Shown here in pieces: positions 7,093-15,921 of a DNA stretch of 21,378 nt. The stretch comes from an uncultured Eubacteriales bacterium (GTDB lineage: Bacteria > Bacillota > Clostridia > Oscillospirales > Butyricicoccaceae). Made by a program: the position numbers and the translations under genes. Below the pieces are notes generated by a model. The model worked only from the letters and a program-made list of their open reading frames with translations. It made no database searches and was not told where the DNA came from. Every line of letters begins with the position of its first letter. Within the stretch, counting starts at the first letter, position 1. The DNA lies in contig CAKTWY010000018.1 in assembly GCA_934630445.1 (NCBI GenBank), positions 1 through 21,378 on the forward strand, given 5' to 3'.

Positions 7093-7494
7093 ATGGCAAG
7101 GCCGCAGAAATGCAGATGTATCTGCTCAATGCCGAAGACAAGCATGTTTTTTCCGGCGGACGGCGATGGCAGCGCCGGGTGTGTGGTCCTCGGACTCGAC
7201 GAGTACGAAGTCATACGCCTGCTCGATCTGGAGCATTTTTCACAGGAGCGGTGTGCAAAGCGGATGAATATTGCGCGCACAACGGTTACACGGATGTACG
7301 ATACCGCGCGGGAGAAAATTGCAGAGGCGCTTGTAGGCGGTAAGCGCCTTGTCATTGACGGAGGGAATATCATGGTCTGCAAGCGTATGAAGCCGGAATG
7401 CCGGAACGAGCCCCACTGCTGTCACAGGGATGCTGCGTCGGCGGATACGCAGCGGACCGATCCGAAAAACGAGTGTAAAGGAGAAGGAAGATGA
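7093..7494 (+). CDS. DUF134/UPF0251-family predicted DNA-binding protein, Cys-rich
   Basis: The N-terminal MARPQKCRCI… is the hallmark start of DUF134 proteins. A sigma-70 region-4-like helix-turn-helix follows (…EYEVIRLLDLEHFSQERCAKRMNIARTTVTRMYDTAREKIAEAL…). Cysteines cluster at C7/C9/C11/C30 and in the C-terminal CKRMKPECRNEPHCCH. AAAGGGGGAAAG ribosome-binding site. The stop TGA overlaps the next start codon (ATGA). Confidence 0.7.
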   Translation: MARPQKCRCICSMPKTSMFFPADGDGSAGCVVLGLDEYEVIRLLDLEHFSQERCAKRMNIARTTVTRMYDTAREKIAEALVGGKRLVIDGGNIMVCKRMKPECRNEPHCCHRDAASADTQRTDPKNECKGEGR

Positions 7495-10073
7495 AAGTAC
7501 TCATCATCGGCGGTGTCGCCGCAGGAACAAAAACCGCGGCAAAGCTGAAACGCGAAGACCGCGATGCCGACGTGACGCTCATTACGAAGAGCCGCGATAT
7601 CTCCTACGCGGGCTGCGGCCTGCCGTACTACATAGGCGGCGTGATTGAGGACAGGGAAGAGCTGATCGTCAACACACCGGAAAAGTATCAGGCGCTTACA
7701 GGCGTAAATGTGCGCACTGGCCGCGAGGCTGTCGTGCTCGATGCACAGGAAAAATCGGTGTTGGCGAAAAATCTCACCACGGACGAGCAGGAGCGCTACG
7801 CTTACGACAAGCTGGTCATTGCCGTGGGTGCGTCCGCCGTGCTGCCGCCTGTCGAGGGAATTGATCTGCAGGGTGTTTTTTCGCTCCGTACGCCGGACGA
7901 TGCGATTGCCGCGCGCGATTATGTGAAAGGCAGCGGCGTCAGGCGTGCTGTCGTTATAGGCGGGGGCTTTATCGGCCTTGAGGCCGCGGAAAATTTGAAA
8001 GCACAGGGCGTGCTTGTCACGGTGGTGGATTTTGCATCGCAGATCATGCCCGGCGTGTTCGACGCCGAGATGGCGGACTATGTCAGCCGTCATCTGCAGA
8101 AAAACGGCGTGCGCGTCGTGACCGGTGCGCGCGTCGAGGCACTGCTCGGAGAGGGGCGCGTGGGCGCGGTGCGTACCACGGCGGGCACATTCCCCTGCGA
8201 TATGGCGGTCATGGCGGTCGGTATCCGGCCGAACACAGCGTTTTTGCAGGGGAGCGGCCTGGCGATGGAAAAGGGCGCGATCCTTGTCGACGAATATCTG
8301 CGCACGAATCTGGCTGATGTGTACGCGGCGGGCGACTGTGCGCTTGTGAAAAACCGCCTGACGGGCGATACGCAGTATGCGCCTATGGGATCGAGTGCGA
8401 ATCTCGAGGGGCGCACGCTCGCGCAGGTGCTTGCAGGGCGGGATAAACGCTTTTCAGGTGTCCTTGGAACGGGGATCGTAAAGCTGCCGGAGCTGAATTG
8501 CGGCAGAACAGGTTTGACGGAGAGCGCCGCGCGCGCTGCGGGCTATGATGTGGAAACGGTGCTCGCCGTAACGGACGACAAAGCGCATTATTATCCGGGC
8601 ACAGCGCTCTTTATGACAAAGCTGATCGCCGAGCGCAGGAGCCGCAGACTCCTCGGTGCGCAGGTCCTCGGTGCGGGCGCGGTGGACAAGATGGTCGATA
8701 TTGCCGTGCTTGCCATCTCCATGGGAGCGGCGCTGGAGGACCTTGAAAATCTCGACTTCGCCTACGCTCCGCCTTTTTCGACGGCCATCCACCCGTTTGT
8801 ACAGGCGGTCTATATTTTGCAGAATAAGATGGACGGCGCGCTCGCGAGCATGACGCCGGCCGAGTATCTGGCCGGAAAGGCCGAAGGTTACCGCGTGATC
8901 GACGTTGCGCAGGCGCCGAAAATTCCGGGCGCGACGTTTGTGAATCTCAGTGCTGTCAACGGGCCGATCGAAGGCGTCGGAAAGGATGAAAAGCTGCTGC
9001 TCGTATGCAACAGGGGAAAACGCGCGTACTTTCTGCAAAACCGCCTGAAACATTACGGCTACAAAAATACCGTGGTGCTTGAAGGGGCGACAGTCTTTAA
9101 CGAAGTACGCGTGGCGGGCGCGGTCTCGGCTGTTTCAGACGCAGATATCACGCGGGTGAAGGCGCTCGGCTTTCTGCGCGATAAGACGACGCCTGACTGC
9201 TTCAACGCGCGCGTCATCACACGAAACGGCAAGATCACGGCTGAAGAGAGCCGCGCCATCAGTGAGGCCGCCGAGCGCTTCGGAAGCGGCGAAATCGCCA
9301 TGACCTCGCGCCTGACGATCGAGATACAGGCTGTGCCGTATGCGAACATCGAACCGCTCAGGTCCTTCCTCGCGCAGGCGGGGCTGGAAACGGGCGGAAC
9401 GGGGTCGAAGGTACGCCCGGTCGTCTCCTGCAAGGGCACGACCTGCCAGTATGGCCTTATCGACACCTTCTCCCTCTCGGAAGAGATCCACGAGCGGTTT
9501 TATCACGGCTACGCCGGGGTAAAGCTGCCGCATAAATTTAAAATCGCCGTGGGCGGGTGCCCGAACAACTGCGTAAAGCCCGATCTGAACGACCTGGGAA
9601 TCATCGGGCAGAAGGTGCCGCAGATGGATCTGAGTCTTTGCCGCGGCTGCAGGGTATGTCAGGTGGAAAACGCCTGTCCGATCAAGGCGGCCAGGGTTCA
9701 GGACGGAAAACTCGTCATCGATGCCGGTGCGTGCAACCACTGCGGACGCTGCATCGGAAAATGTCCGTTCAAGGCGGTCGAGCGCTTCGTTGCCGGCTAC
9801 CGGATCTATATCGGCGGCAGATGGGGCAAGCGTGTGGCGCACGGACGGTATCTCGACCGGGTCTTCACGGACAGGAGCGAGGTGCTCGATGTGGTCGAAA
9901 AGGCGATCCTCCTTTTCCGCGAGCAGGGGATTACCGGCGAGCGCTTCGCCGATACGATCGCGCGCCTTGGCTTTGACGCCGTGCAGGAGGAGCTGCTGCG
10001 GAACGATCTTCTCGCGCGCAAAGAGGAAAACATCGCCGCGCAGAAGCACCTCAAAGGCGGCGCCACATGCTGA
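7491..10073 (+). CDS. 860-aa three-domain fusion: CoA-disulfide reductase/NADH oxidase-like flavoprotein + rhodanese + siroheme sulfite-reductase-like domain (AsrC/DsrB-type) with a 2x[4Fe-4S] ferredoxin insert
   Basis: Residues 1-440 have the GxGxxG FAD site (MKVLIIGGVAAGT), the single redox Cys motif SYAGCGLPYY and a second Rossmann fold (VVIGGGFIGLE), as in the CoADR/Nox/Npr family. Residues about 450-545 are a rhodanese domain with a CNRGKR active-site loop. Residues about 550-860 carry a nitrite/sulfite-reductase ferredoxin-like half-domain, then CKGTTC…GGCPNNC (siroheme-[4Fe-4S] Cys ligands), then CRGCRVCQVENACP and CNHCGRCIGKCP (two ferredoxin-type clusters). It is translationally coupled to the DUF134 gene. 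Confidence 0.8.
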   Translation: MKVLIIGGVAAGTKTAAKLKREDRDADVTLITKSRDISYAGCGLPYYIGGVIEDREELIVNTPEKYQALTGVNVRTGREAVVLDAQEKSVLAKNLTTDEQERYAYDKLVIAVGASAVLPPVEGIDLQGVFSLRTPDDAIAARDYVKGSGVRRAVVIGGGFIGLEAAENLKAQGVLVTVVDFASQIMPGVFDAEMADYVSRHLQKNGVRVVTGARVEALLGEGRVGAVRTTAGTFPCDMAVMAVGIRPNTAFLQGSGLAMEKGAILVDEYLRTNLADVYAAGDCALVKNRLTGDTQYAPMGSSANLEGRTLAQVLAGRDKRFSGVLGTGIVKLPELNCGRTGLTESAARAAGYDVETVLAVTDDKAHYYPGTALFMTKLIAERRSRRLLGAQVLGAGAVDKMVDIAVLAISMGAALEDLENLDFAYAPPFSTAIHPFVQAVYILQNKMDGALASMTPAEYLAGKAEGYRVIDVAQAPKIPGATFVNLSAVNGPIEGVGKDEKLLLVCNRGKRAYFLQNRLKHYGYKNTVVLEGATVFNEVRVAGAVSAVSDADITRVKALGFLRDKTTPDCFNARVITRNGKITAEESRAISEAAERFGSGEIAMTSRLTIEIQAVPYANIEPLRSFLAQAGLETGGTGSKVRPVVSCKGTTCQYGLIDTFSLSEEIHERFYHGYAGVKLPHKFKIAVGGCPNNCVKPDLNDLGIIGQKVPQMDLSLCRGCRVCQVENACPIKAARVQDGKLVIDAGACNHCGRCIGKCPFKAVERFVAGYRIYIGGRWGKRVAHGRYLDRVFTDRSEVLDVVEKAILLFREQGITGERFADTIARLGFDAVQEELLRNDLLARKEENIAAQKHLKGGATC

Positions 10074-10113
10074 CAAAGGGCGCGTGCAGATGATAGCAGC
10101 GGGATAAAGCGGA

Positions 10114-10153
10114 AAGATGCCCTTCTGCATGTTTGCAGAAGGGCATCTTTTTT
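10114..10153 (+). terminator. Rho-independent terminator
   Basis: AGATGCCCTTCTGCA / TGCAGAAGGGGCATCT stem (15 bp with a 1-nt bulge), a 4-nt loop and a TTTTTT run, 40 bp after the stop of the fusion gene. Confidence 0.8.
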
Positions 10154-10269
10154 GTATTTTGCCGCGAGAATGTACTGACAAAAGGCGGCTTGCGGAAAAG
10201 CAGAACACAGAGCATTTTATGTATAGAACATGCGCACTGGATGAAGTGACGCGCACCCTTCACGCGCGG

Positions 10270-10275
10270 TATAAT
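10270..10275 (+). promoter_or_regulatory. consensus -10 hexamer TATAAT upstream of the URO-D-like gene (-35 is weak, GTGACG)
   Basis: TATAAT at 10270-10275, about 54 bp upstream of the ATG at 10329. No good -35 is present, so this is tentative. Confidence 0.3.
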
Positions 10276-10328
10276 CCATTTATAACACAGTCTGCGAAGT
10301 GCCGCAGCTGAAAAGAGGAGGAGAGCCA

Positions 10329-11558
10329 ATGTTCACCGATGCAGAGCGGAGCATCCTGCGCGAGCTCGCGCAAAAGCAGCTGGAAGCGGCGCACAGTTCC
10401 AAAAACCTCGAGCGTGTCGCGCTCTGGAAACGCCATAACGCCCTCAAAGGCGAGCGGCCGGTGCTGCATATTGAAATAAATACGTTTGAAGACGAGGTGA
10501 TCGGGCCGCGGTTAAAATGTGCAGATCCTGTAGCGCGGGAAATTGAGGCGCGTCTGTGGCGCAGCATGATCAACCTGACTGAATTTGACGACGACAAGGT
10601 CGTGCCGGATTATTACGGCATATCCCAGGAATACGACTATCAGCCCCTCGGCTTCGAGATCCGTATGCATCACGCTGCAGACGGAGGGCTTGGGCACCAG
10701 TTCGAGCATCAGATCAGCGACCTTAAAGAAGAATTCTCCAAACTCGGTACATCGCGCTTTATCCCGCGCGACGCCGCATTCCATGCGCATTTTGACGCGG
10801 CGCAGGATGTGATCGGCGACATCCTGCCGGTGCGCAGGGTGATGCCGTCTCTGTATGCAACGCCTACGCAGGACATTGTGCATATCATGGGGCTTGAAAA
10901 CATGCTTTACGCGCTCTACGACTATCCTGAGGAGCTCAGACAGATGATCGAGCGCATTGCCGACGGATATATCGCGCATTTCGATATGCTGGAAAAAAAC
11001 GGTCTGCTGCTTCCCACGACGGGCTTTGAGGAGACGAATCAGGGTTCGCTGAGCTTTACGGATGAACTCCCGCACGAAGGGCCGGTTACGGTCGGACAGG
11101 TGTGGGGATTTATGGATTCGCAGGAGACGGTCGGCGTATCCAAAGAGATGTTTGAAGAACTCATCTTCCCTGCGTATTACCGCGTGGGGTCGCGCTTCGG
11201 GCTGCTGTCGTACGGATGCTGCGAGCCGGTCGACCCGGTGTGGGAGTTGCTCAGCCGCTTTCAAAACCTGAGAAAGGTTTCTGTATCCGCATGGGCCGAC
11301 GAGGAGAAAATGGGCGGGTACCTTGCGGGGAGCAGGACCATTTACCAGCGAAAGCCGAGCCCGAATTACCTCGGCGTCGGAACAACGTTCGACGAAGACG
11401 GCTGGCGTGCGCATATCGAACAAACGCTGCGCTGCGCGAAGGACTGCAAGCTCGAGTTCACCGTGCGCGACGTGTACACGATCAACAGCGATATCGGCAA
11501 GGTCTGCCGCGCGGTAGAGATCATGCGCGAGTCGATTGCACGGCTGTGGAACGCGTGA
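10329..11558 (+). CDS. hypothetical protein, possibly uroporphyrinogen-decarboxylase (URO-D)-like methyltransferase/decarboxylase fold
   Basis: ATG at 10329 has an AGAGGAGGAGA ribosome-binding site 8 nt upstream; the earlier in-frame ATG at 10299 has none. The segment …MGLENMLYALYDYPEELRQMIERIADGYIAHFDMLEKNG… resembles the conserved middle region of URO-D/MtaA-family proteins. Weak, by-eye assignment. Confidence 0.45.
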   Translation: MFTDAERSILRELAQKQLEAAHSSKNLERVALWKRHNALKGERPVLHIEINTFEDEVIGPRLKCADPVAREIEARLWRSMINLTEFDDDKVVPDYYGISQEYDYQPLGFEIRMHHAADGGLGHQFEHQISDLKEEFSKLGTSRFIPRDAAFHAHFDAAQDVIGDILPVRRVMPSLYATPTQDIVHIMGLENMLYALYDYPEELRQMIERIADGYIAHFDMLEKNGLLLPTTGFEETNQGSLSFTDELPHEGPVTVGQVWGFMDSQETVGVSKEMFEELIFPAYYRVGSRFGLLSYGCCEPVDPVWELLSRFQNLRKVSVSAWADEEKMGGYLAGSRTIYQRKPSPNYLGVGTTFDEDGWRAHIEQTLRCAKDCKLEFTVRDVYTINSDIGKVCRAVEIMRESIARLWNA

Positions 11559-11588
11559 CAGCAGCTGGAGCGTCAGCAAAGAAAAAAA

Positions 11589-11625
11589 TCCCCGCGTCCG
11601 AAATATACGGACGCGGGGATTTTTT
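11589..11625. terminator. bidirectional Rho-independent terminator shared by convergent genes
   Basis: Perfect 12-bp stem TCCCCGCGTCCG / CGGACGCGGGGA with a 7-nt loop, flanked by AAAAAAA on the left and TTTTTT on the right. It lies between the URO-D-like gene (+) and the AraC gene (-). Confidence 0.85.
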
Positions 11626-12457
11626 AAAAGCGCAGATTGCGGAATTCCGACGGCGTCATGGACAGGTTTTTGCGGAACGCGCGTGCAAAGTGTGACGCGC
11701 TGTGAAAACCGCACTGCTCGGCGATGCGTTCAATGGTATCGTCGGTTGAAAGAAGGAGCTCTTTTGCCTGCCGCAGACGATAGGAGAGAAGATACTCGTG
11801 CGGTGTACAGCCCGCATATTTCTTAAAGCTGCGGATGAAGTGCGAGATGCTCATACTGCATGCACGGGCCAGTGCGTCCAGTTCAAGCGGCTGGGCAAAA
11901 TGCGCCGCAATATAGCCCAGCGCCGGATAGAGGGCATGGTTGACAGAGGCTGCGTGCTGCTGCGTACAGGCCAGGCGGCTGAGGATGCGGTGGATGCCGA
12001 GCGACACAAGATGCTCGTTTACAAAAACACCCTGTGACTGAGTCAGGACATCTTCAAAGCTCCTGCGCAGCGCGGAAACCGCCTTGCCGGAAAAGACCAC
12101 CCCGAAGCGCTCGTTCAGATACTGCACATAGGCGCCGCTCCCCGCGCCGCTGAAGTGAAACCATAAGAAATCCACCTGGTCTGTGCAGTAATACCGGTGC
12201 GCGCGGCGGCAGTCGAGCAGGGCGATCTCGTCCGTGCGCGCGGTATAGCTGCGCCCCTGTGTCTCAATGTGCAGCGCGCCGCCGCAGACGTAGACCAGGA
12301 GCATCAGATCAAGCGAATCGCGCGCGACCTGATACGCGCTGTCACAATAGAAGTGCCCAAAATGCGGGCTGAAATAAAGCGCGCTCCTGGCAAAGTCCGA
12401 CGGGATGGAAAAATCCATAAAAGACGCCTGCGACACGCCCTTGTCGACGATTTTCAT
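11624..12457 (-). CDS. AraC-family transcriptional regulator (N-terminal cupin-like sensor domain plus C-terminal AraC helix-turn-helix)
   Basis: The C-terminal region …LDALARACSMSISHFIRSFKKYAGCTPHEYLLSYRLRQAKELLLSTDDTIERIAEQCGFHSASHFARAFRKNLSMTPSEFR is a canonical dual-HTH AraC domain. The start is taken at the internal ATG 12457 (MKIVDKG…, GGGAGGGG ribosome-binding site) rather than the ORF-track start at 12622, which would overlap the radical SAM gene. Confidence 0.8.
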   Translation of the reverse strand: MKIVDKGVSQASFMDFSIPSDFARSALYFSPHFGHFYCDSAYQVARDSLDLMLLVYVCGGALHIETQGRSYTARTDEIALLDCRRAHRYYCTDQVDFLWFHFSGAGSGAYVQYLNERFGVVFSGKAVSALRRSFEDVLTQSQGVFVNEHLVSLGIHRILSRLACTQQHAASVNHALYPALGYIAAHFAQPLELDALARACSMSISHFIRSFKKYAGCTPHEYLLSYRLRQAKELLLSTDDTIERIAEQCGFHSASHFARAFRKNLSMTPSEFRNLRF

Positions 12458-12557
12458 AAAACCCCTCCCGAAATGAAGTGCACAGACCCATGCGGCAAGC
12501 GGAGCGGACGGCGGTACAGCGGCGCCGTACCGCAAGAGGAGGAACTTGGTTATCCGG

Positions 12558-13424
12558 TCAAAACAGGCACAGCTGTGCCTGCTGCTGCACCTCAAACGCA
12601 TGCAGATACCGAAAAATTTCATCGTTATCGTGCAGCATGCCCGCGCTTTCGCAGCGGCGGTGGAACAGCCGCATCAGTTCACGGCTGTCGGGGCTGTCCA
12701 GCATATAGGCGCTGCCGTAGCGGCGGATGTACTCCGCCTTCAGACCGGGGAAATGCCGGTCAAGCTGCCGGTAAAAATATTCGCGGCTGCCCTCGCGTAG
12801 CGTTACCCCCATGCCAAAGCAAAGCACGCCCTTTACTCCGGCGCGCACGCAGCAGTCCAGAATCCCGTTCAGGTTTTCCGCCGTGTCATTTATAAACGGC
12901 AAGATCGGACACAGCCATACCACCGTGGGGATTCCGGCGCGCTGCAGCTGTTCCAGCGCCAGAACCCGTTCCTGCGTGGTGCTGACATTGGGCTCCAGCT
13001 TGCGGCAGAGCGCTTCGTCGTAAGTGGTCAGCGTCATCTGAACGACGCACTTGGCCTGCTCGTTGATCGCCTGCAGCAGATCCAGATCCCGCAGAACGCG
13101 GGCGGATTTTGTGATCAGCGTCACGCCGAAGCCATAGCGCCGGATGACCTCCAGCGCCTGCCGGGTGTGACGGAGATCCTCCTCCAGCGGTATATAAGGA
13201 TCGGTCATCGAACCCATGCCGATCATGCAGGGTCTGCGCTTGCGGCGCAGAGCATCTTCCAGCAGCGCGACGGCGTTCTCCTTGACCTCCACGTCTTCAA
13301 AGTCGTGCGCCATATGATAGCAGGCGCTGCGCGAATCGCAGTAGATGCACCCGTGCTGACAGCCGCGATACAGGTTCATGCCGTTTTTTGCAGAGAGGAT
13401 GCCCTTGGCTGTGACATAGTGCAT
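12558..13424 (-). CDS. radical SAM protein, spore-photoproduct-lyase-like / COG1533 'DNA repair photolyase' family
   Basis: LYRGCQHGCIYCDSR carries the CxxxCxxC radical SAM cluster motif in the arrangement typical of SplB-like proteins. The gene is 288 aa. Confidence 0.75.
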   Translation of the reverse strand: MHYVTAKGILSAKNGMNLYRGCQHGCIYCDSRSACYHMAHDFEDVEVKENAVALLEDALRRKRRPCMIGMGSMTDPYIPLEEDLRHTRQALEVIRRYGFGVTLITKSARVLRDLDLLQAINEQAKCVVQMTLTTYDEALCRKLEPNVSTTQERVLALEQLQRAGIPTVVWLCPILPFINDTAENLNGILDCCVRAGVKGVLCFGMGVTLREGSREYFYRQLDRHFPGLKAEYIRRYGSAYMLDSPDSRELMRLFHRRCESAGMLHDNDEIFRYLHAFEVQQQAQLCLF

Positions 13425-13437
13425 CGTGCGTCTCCTT

Positions 13438-13998
13438 TTATTTCAGCTGCAGGCCGTCGCGAAAGGCATTGCCGACCTTGCCGCCGAGCACCAGATAGGC
13501 GTTGTTCACCGGATCGAAGGTGATGGGCTGCAGTTTGGCAGGGTCGATCGTTCCGCTTTCACCGAGGACGCTTTCGTCTGCGCTGATGTTGACAATTTTC
13601 CCCACCAGACAGCCGGAGCCGGGGTCATAGCTGACGAGCGTGCACTCCGCCGCCAGGGGAAGCTCGTCGATCAGCGGAGCGTCTACAAATGCGGATTTTG
13701 TAACATGCAGGCCTGCGCGCGCAAGCTTATCGGGTACGTCGTTGGCGGAGACGACGCCGACATAGTCACACGCCACGACGTGGCCGGCATCGGCCATGCT
13801 GATTGTAAACGCCCCGCGCGAGAGAATGTTTTTCACCGTTTTATGTCCCGCGCTCAGGCACATGGATACCTGCGCGCCGCCGCTGATGCCGCCCCATGCG
13901 GCATTCATGGCGTCGGGGGTGCCGTCCTCCCCGTAGGTGGCGATGATGAAGACAGGCTGGGGATAAAGCCAGGGCTTGGAACCAAAATTCTTTCTCAT
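13438..13998 (-). CDS. flavin reductase-like (FMN-binding split-barrel) domain protein
   Basis: 186 aa. …PVFIIATYGEDGTPDAMNAAWGGISGGAQVSMCLSAGHKT… is typical of the flavin reductase/flavoredoxin family. It lies 13 bp upstream of the radical SAM gene on the same strand. Confidence 0.7.
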   Translation of the reverse strand: MRKNFGSKPWLYPQPVFIIATYGEDGTPDAMNAAWGGISGGAQVSMCLSAGHKTVKNILSRGAFTISMADAGHVVACDYVGVVSANDVPDKLARAGLHVTKSAFVDAPLIDELPLAAECTLVSYDPGSGCLVGKIVNISADESVLGESGTIDPAKLQPITFDPVNNAYLVLGGKVGNAFRDGLQLK

Positions 13999-14017
13999 AA
14001 TGCATTCCTCCGATTGT

Positions 14018-15226
14018 TTATGATTGATTGGCCAGCCATTTCATAGCGCAATATGCGTGGATGGCAGCGCCCTTTGATACGATGTCTTCGTTGAACACAA
14101 CTTTCTCATTGTGCATGGGTTTTCCGTACAGCGGGTTTTCCTGCTCGGTTCCAGCGCCAAGCAGCAGATAGACACAGGGCAGCTCATAGGTGTAGGAGGC
14201 GAAATCTTCCGAACCCATGCCGCCCTCATCCATGCGGTAAATGAATTTTTCTCCAAACAGCGCGCTGACAAAGCCGGCCATCTGCTCTGTCAGCTTCGGG
14301 TCATTGCGCAGGGGCGGGGCGGAGGAGATTTCTTCTACTGCTGCACTGCCGCGGAAGGCCGCCGCCGAGCCTTCGGCAATGGCCTTGATGCGTTGAAAGG
14401 CCCAGCCGGAAAGATCACGGTCAAAAGTGCGGATGGTACCCTCGATGACAACCTCCTGGGGGATGATATTGGGCGATTTGCCGCCGCTGAAGTGGCCGAT
14501 GGTCAGGGCGACGGGTGTTTTTGCCGGGATTTCCCGCGCGGTGATCTCCTGCAGTGCCAGATAAATATGGGCGGCGATGTTGATTGGATCGACACCTGTC
14601 TCCGGCATTGCACCGTGGCAGCCTGCGCCCTTTACGGTGATGCGAAACAGCGTACAGCCAGCCATAAAAATTCCACGTCCGCACAGCACCAGACCGGAGG
14701 GCGTGCCGGAGTTGACATGCAGTGCCAGACCTGCCTGCGGCGCGGGATTGTCCAGAATACCCGATACCAGCATGTTTTTCGCGCCGGTGAACCCTTCCTC
14801 GTCCGGTTGGAATACCAGCTTGACAGTGCCTTTGAGCTCACGTTTGTGTGCTTGCAGGAGCTTTGCCGCACCCAGCAGCATGGCTGCGTGCATGTCGTGT
14901 CCACAGGCATGCATGCAGCCGTTCTCTGACCTGAATTCCAGTTCCGTCTGTTCCGAAATCTTCAGTGCGTCCATGTCGGCGCGCAGCAGGATGCATCGGC
15001 CTGTATCCTCCCCGGTAACGGTGGCGACGATGCCGCTCTCACAAATCTCCTCCGGATGATAGCCCATTGCGGAAAGTCTGTGTTTTACATATTCTTTGGT
15101 TTTTGGCAGGCAGGAACCAGCCTCAGCATTTCGATGGATTTCCCGCCGGTCGGCAATGATTTCCTCTTTCAAATTTTCCGCCGCGCTCAGTATCTTTTGT
15201 GCATCCATGCTTACATCATACTCCAT
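14018..15226 (-). CDS. M20-family metallopeptidase/amidohydrolase (M20D, aminoacylase/hippurate-hydrolase-like)
   Basis: …MHACGHDMHAAMLLGAAKLL…LVFQPDEEG… contains the metal-binding His/Asp/Glu motifs of M20D amidohydrolases. The start could instead be ATG 15208 (MDAQK…), 2 nt after the upstream gene's stop, rather than 15226, which would overlap it by 16 nt. Confidence 0.8.
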   Translation of the reverse strand: MEYDVSMDAQKILSAAENLKEEIIADRREIHRNAEAGSCLPKTKEYVKHRLSAMGYHPEEICESGIVATVTGEDTGRCILLRADMDALKISEQTELEFRSENGCMHACGHDMHAAMLLGAAKLLQAHKRELKGTVKLVFQPDEEGFTGAKNMLVSGILDNPAPQAGLALHVNSGTPSGLVLCGRGIFMAGCTLFRITVKGAGCHGAMPETGVDPINIAAHIYLALQEITAREIPAKTPVALTIGHFSGGKSPNIIPQEVVIEGTIRTFDRDLSGWAFQRIKAIAEGSAAAFRGSAAVEEISSAPPLRNDPKLTEQMAGFVSALFGEKFIYRMDEGGMGSEDFASYTYELPCVYLLLGAGTEQENPLYGKPMHNEKVVFNEDIVSKGAAIHAYCAMKWLANQS

Positions 15227-15921
15227 TCAACACCGTATCTGTCAACCCATACCCGAAGAAATTCCAGCTGTTCAGGCGTGTGAAACCAGTGCTCGCCGTT
15301 TTTCATGACGGTAAGGCCGCAGCTGAAACGGCGGGCAAAGTCCGCCGCTGTATCCTGGTCGGTCAGATGATCCTGCCCGGCATACAGAATTTCGGTAGCT
15401 GTATTCCATTTGATAATGGGATGTGCTTTGGCATACTGCCAATACCGCCAGGAAAGGGTCTCGCCAAAGCTGGTGGGGATTTCGCCCTTTCGCTCCAGCT
15501 GCGCTGGGCTCACTTTCGCCCATTGCATCATATTCCCGATCAGTTTTCCCATATCCAGCACGGGAGATACCAACAAAGCCATTTCCGGCGGTGTGTCTGC
15601 GAAAGCGAGCATGGAAAACCACGCGCCCAGGCTGTTGGCCCGCAGCGCGATGTGCCCCCACCGCTGCCGCAGATACGCCATAACCTTGCGCAGTTCCGGC
15701 ACGGTGTGCCACGGATCAAAGCCGGGTCCGTCTCGCCGTGCACCGTGTCCGGGCAGATCGACGGCGAGCACTTGGGTGCCCCTGGGGCAGACAATACGGG
15801 CAAAATCCGCCCCTTCCTCCTTGCAGCCGCACTTGCCGTGGACGAACAGCCAGACGCGCTGCGCATCGTCGCCGTACAGTACGGCAGGGATCTGATCGAT
15901 GTAAAAAAACGCCTGCTTCAC
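15211..15921 (-). CDS. alpha/beta-hydrolase fold protein
   Basis: GTG start at 15921 with a GGAAGGA ribosome-binding site. LFVHGKCG…VDLPGHG… and the nucleophile elbow ANSLGAW (GxSxG-like), with a C-terminal His (GEHWFH). The start overlaps the upstream stop (GTGA). Confidence 0.65.
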   Translation of the reverse strand: MKQAFFYIDQIPAVLYGDDAQRVWLFVHGKCGCKEEGADFARIVCPRGTQVLAVDLPGHGARRDGPGFDPWHTVPELRKVMAYLRQRWGHIALRANSLGAWFSMLAFADTPPEMALLVSPVLDMGKLIGNMMQWAKVSPAQLERKGEIPTSFGETLSWRYWQYAKAHPIIKWNTATEILYAGQDHLTDQDTAADFARRFSCGLTVMKNGEHWFHTPEQLEFLRVWVDRYGVEWSMM

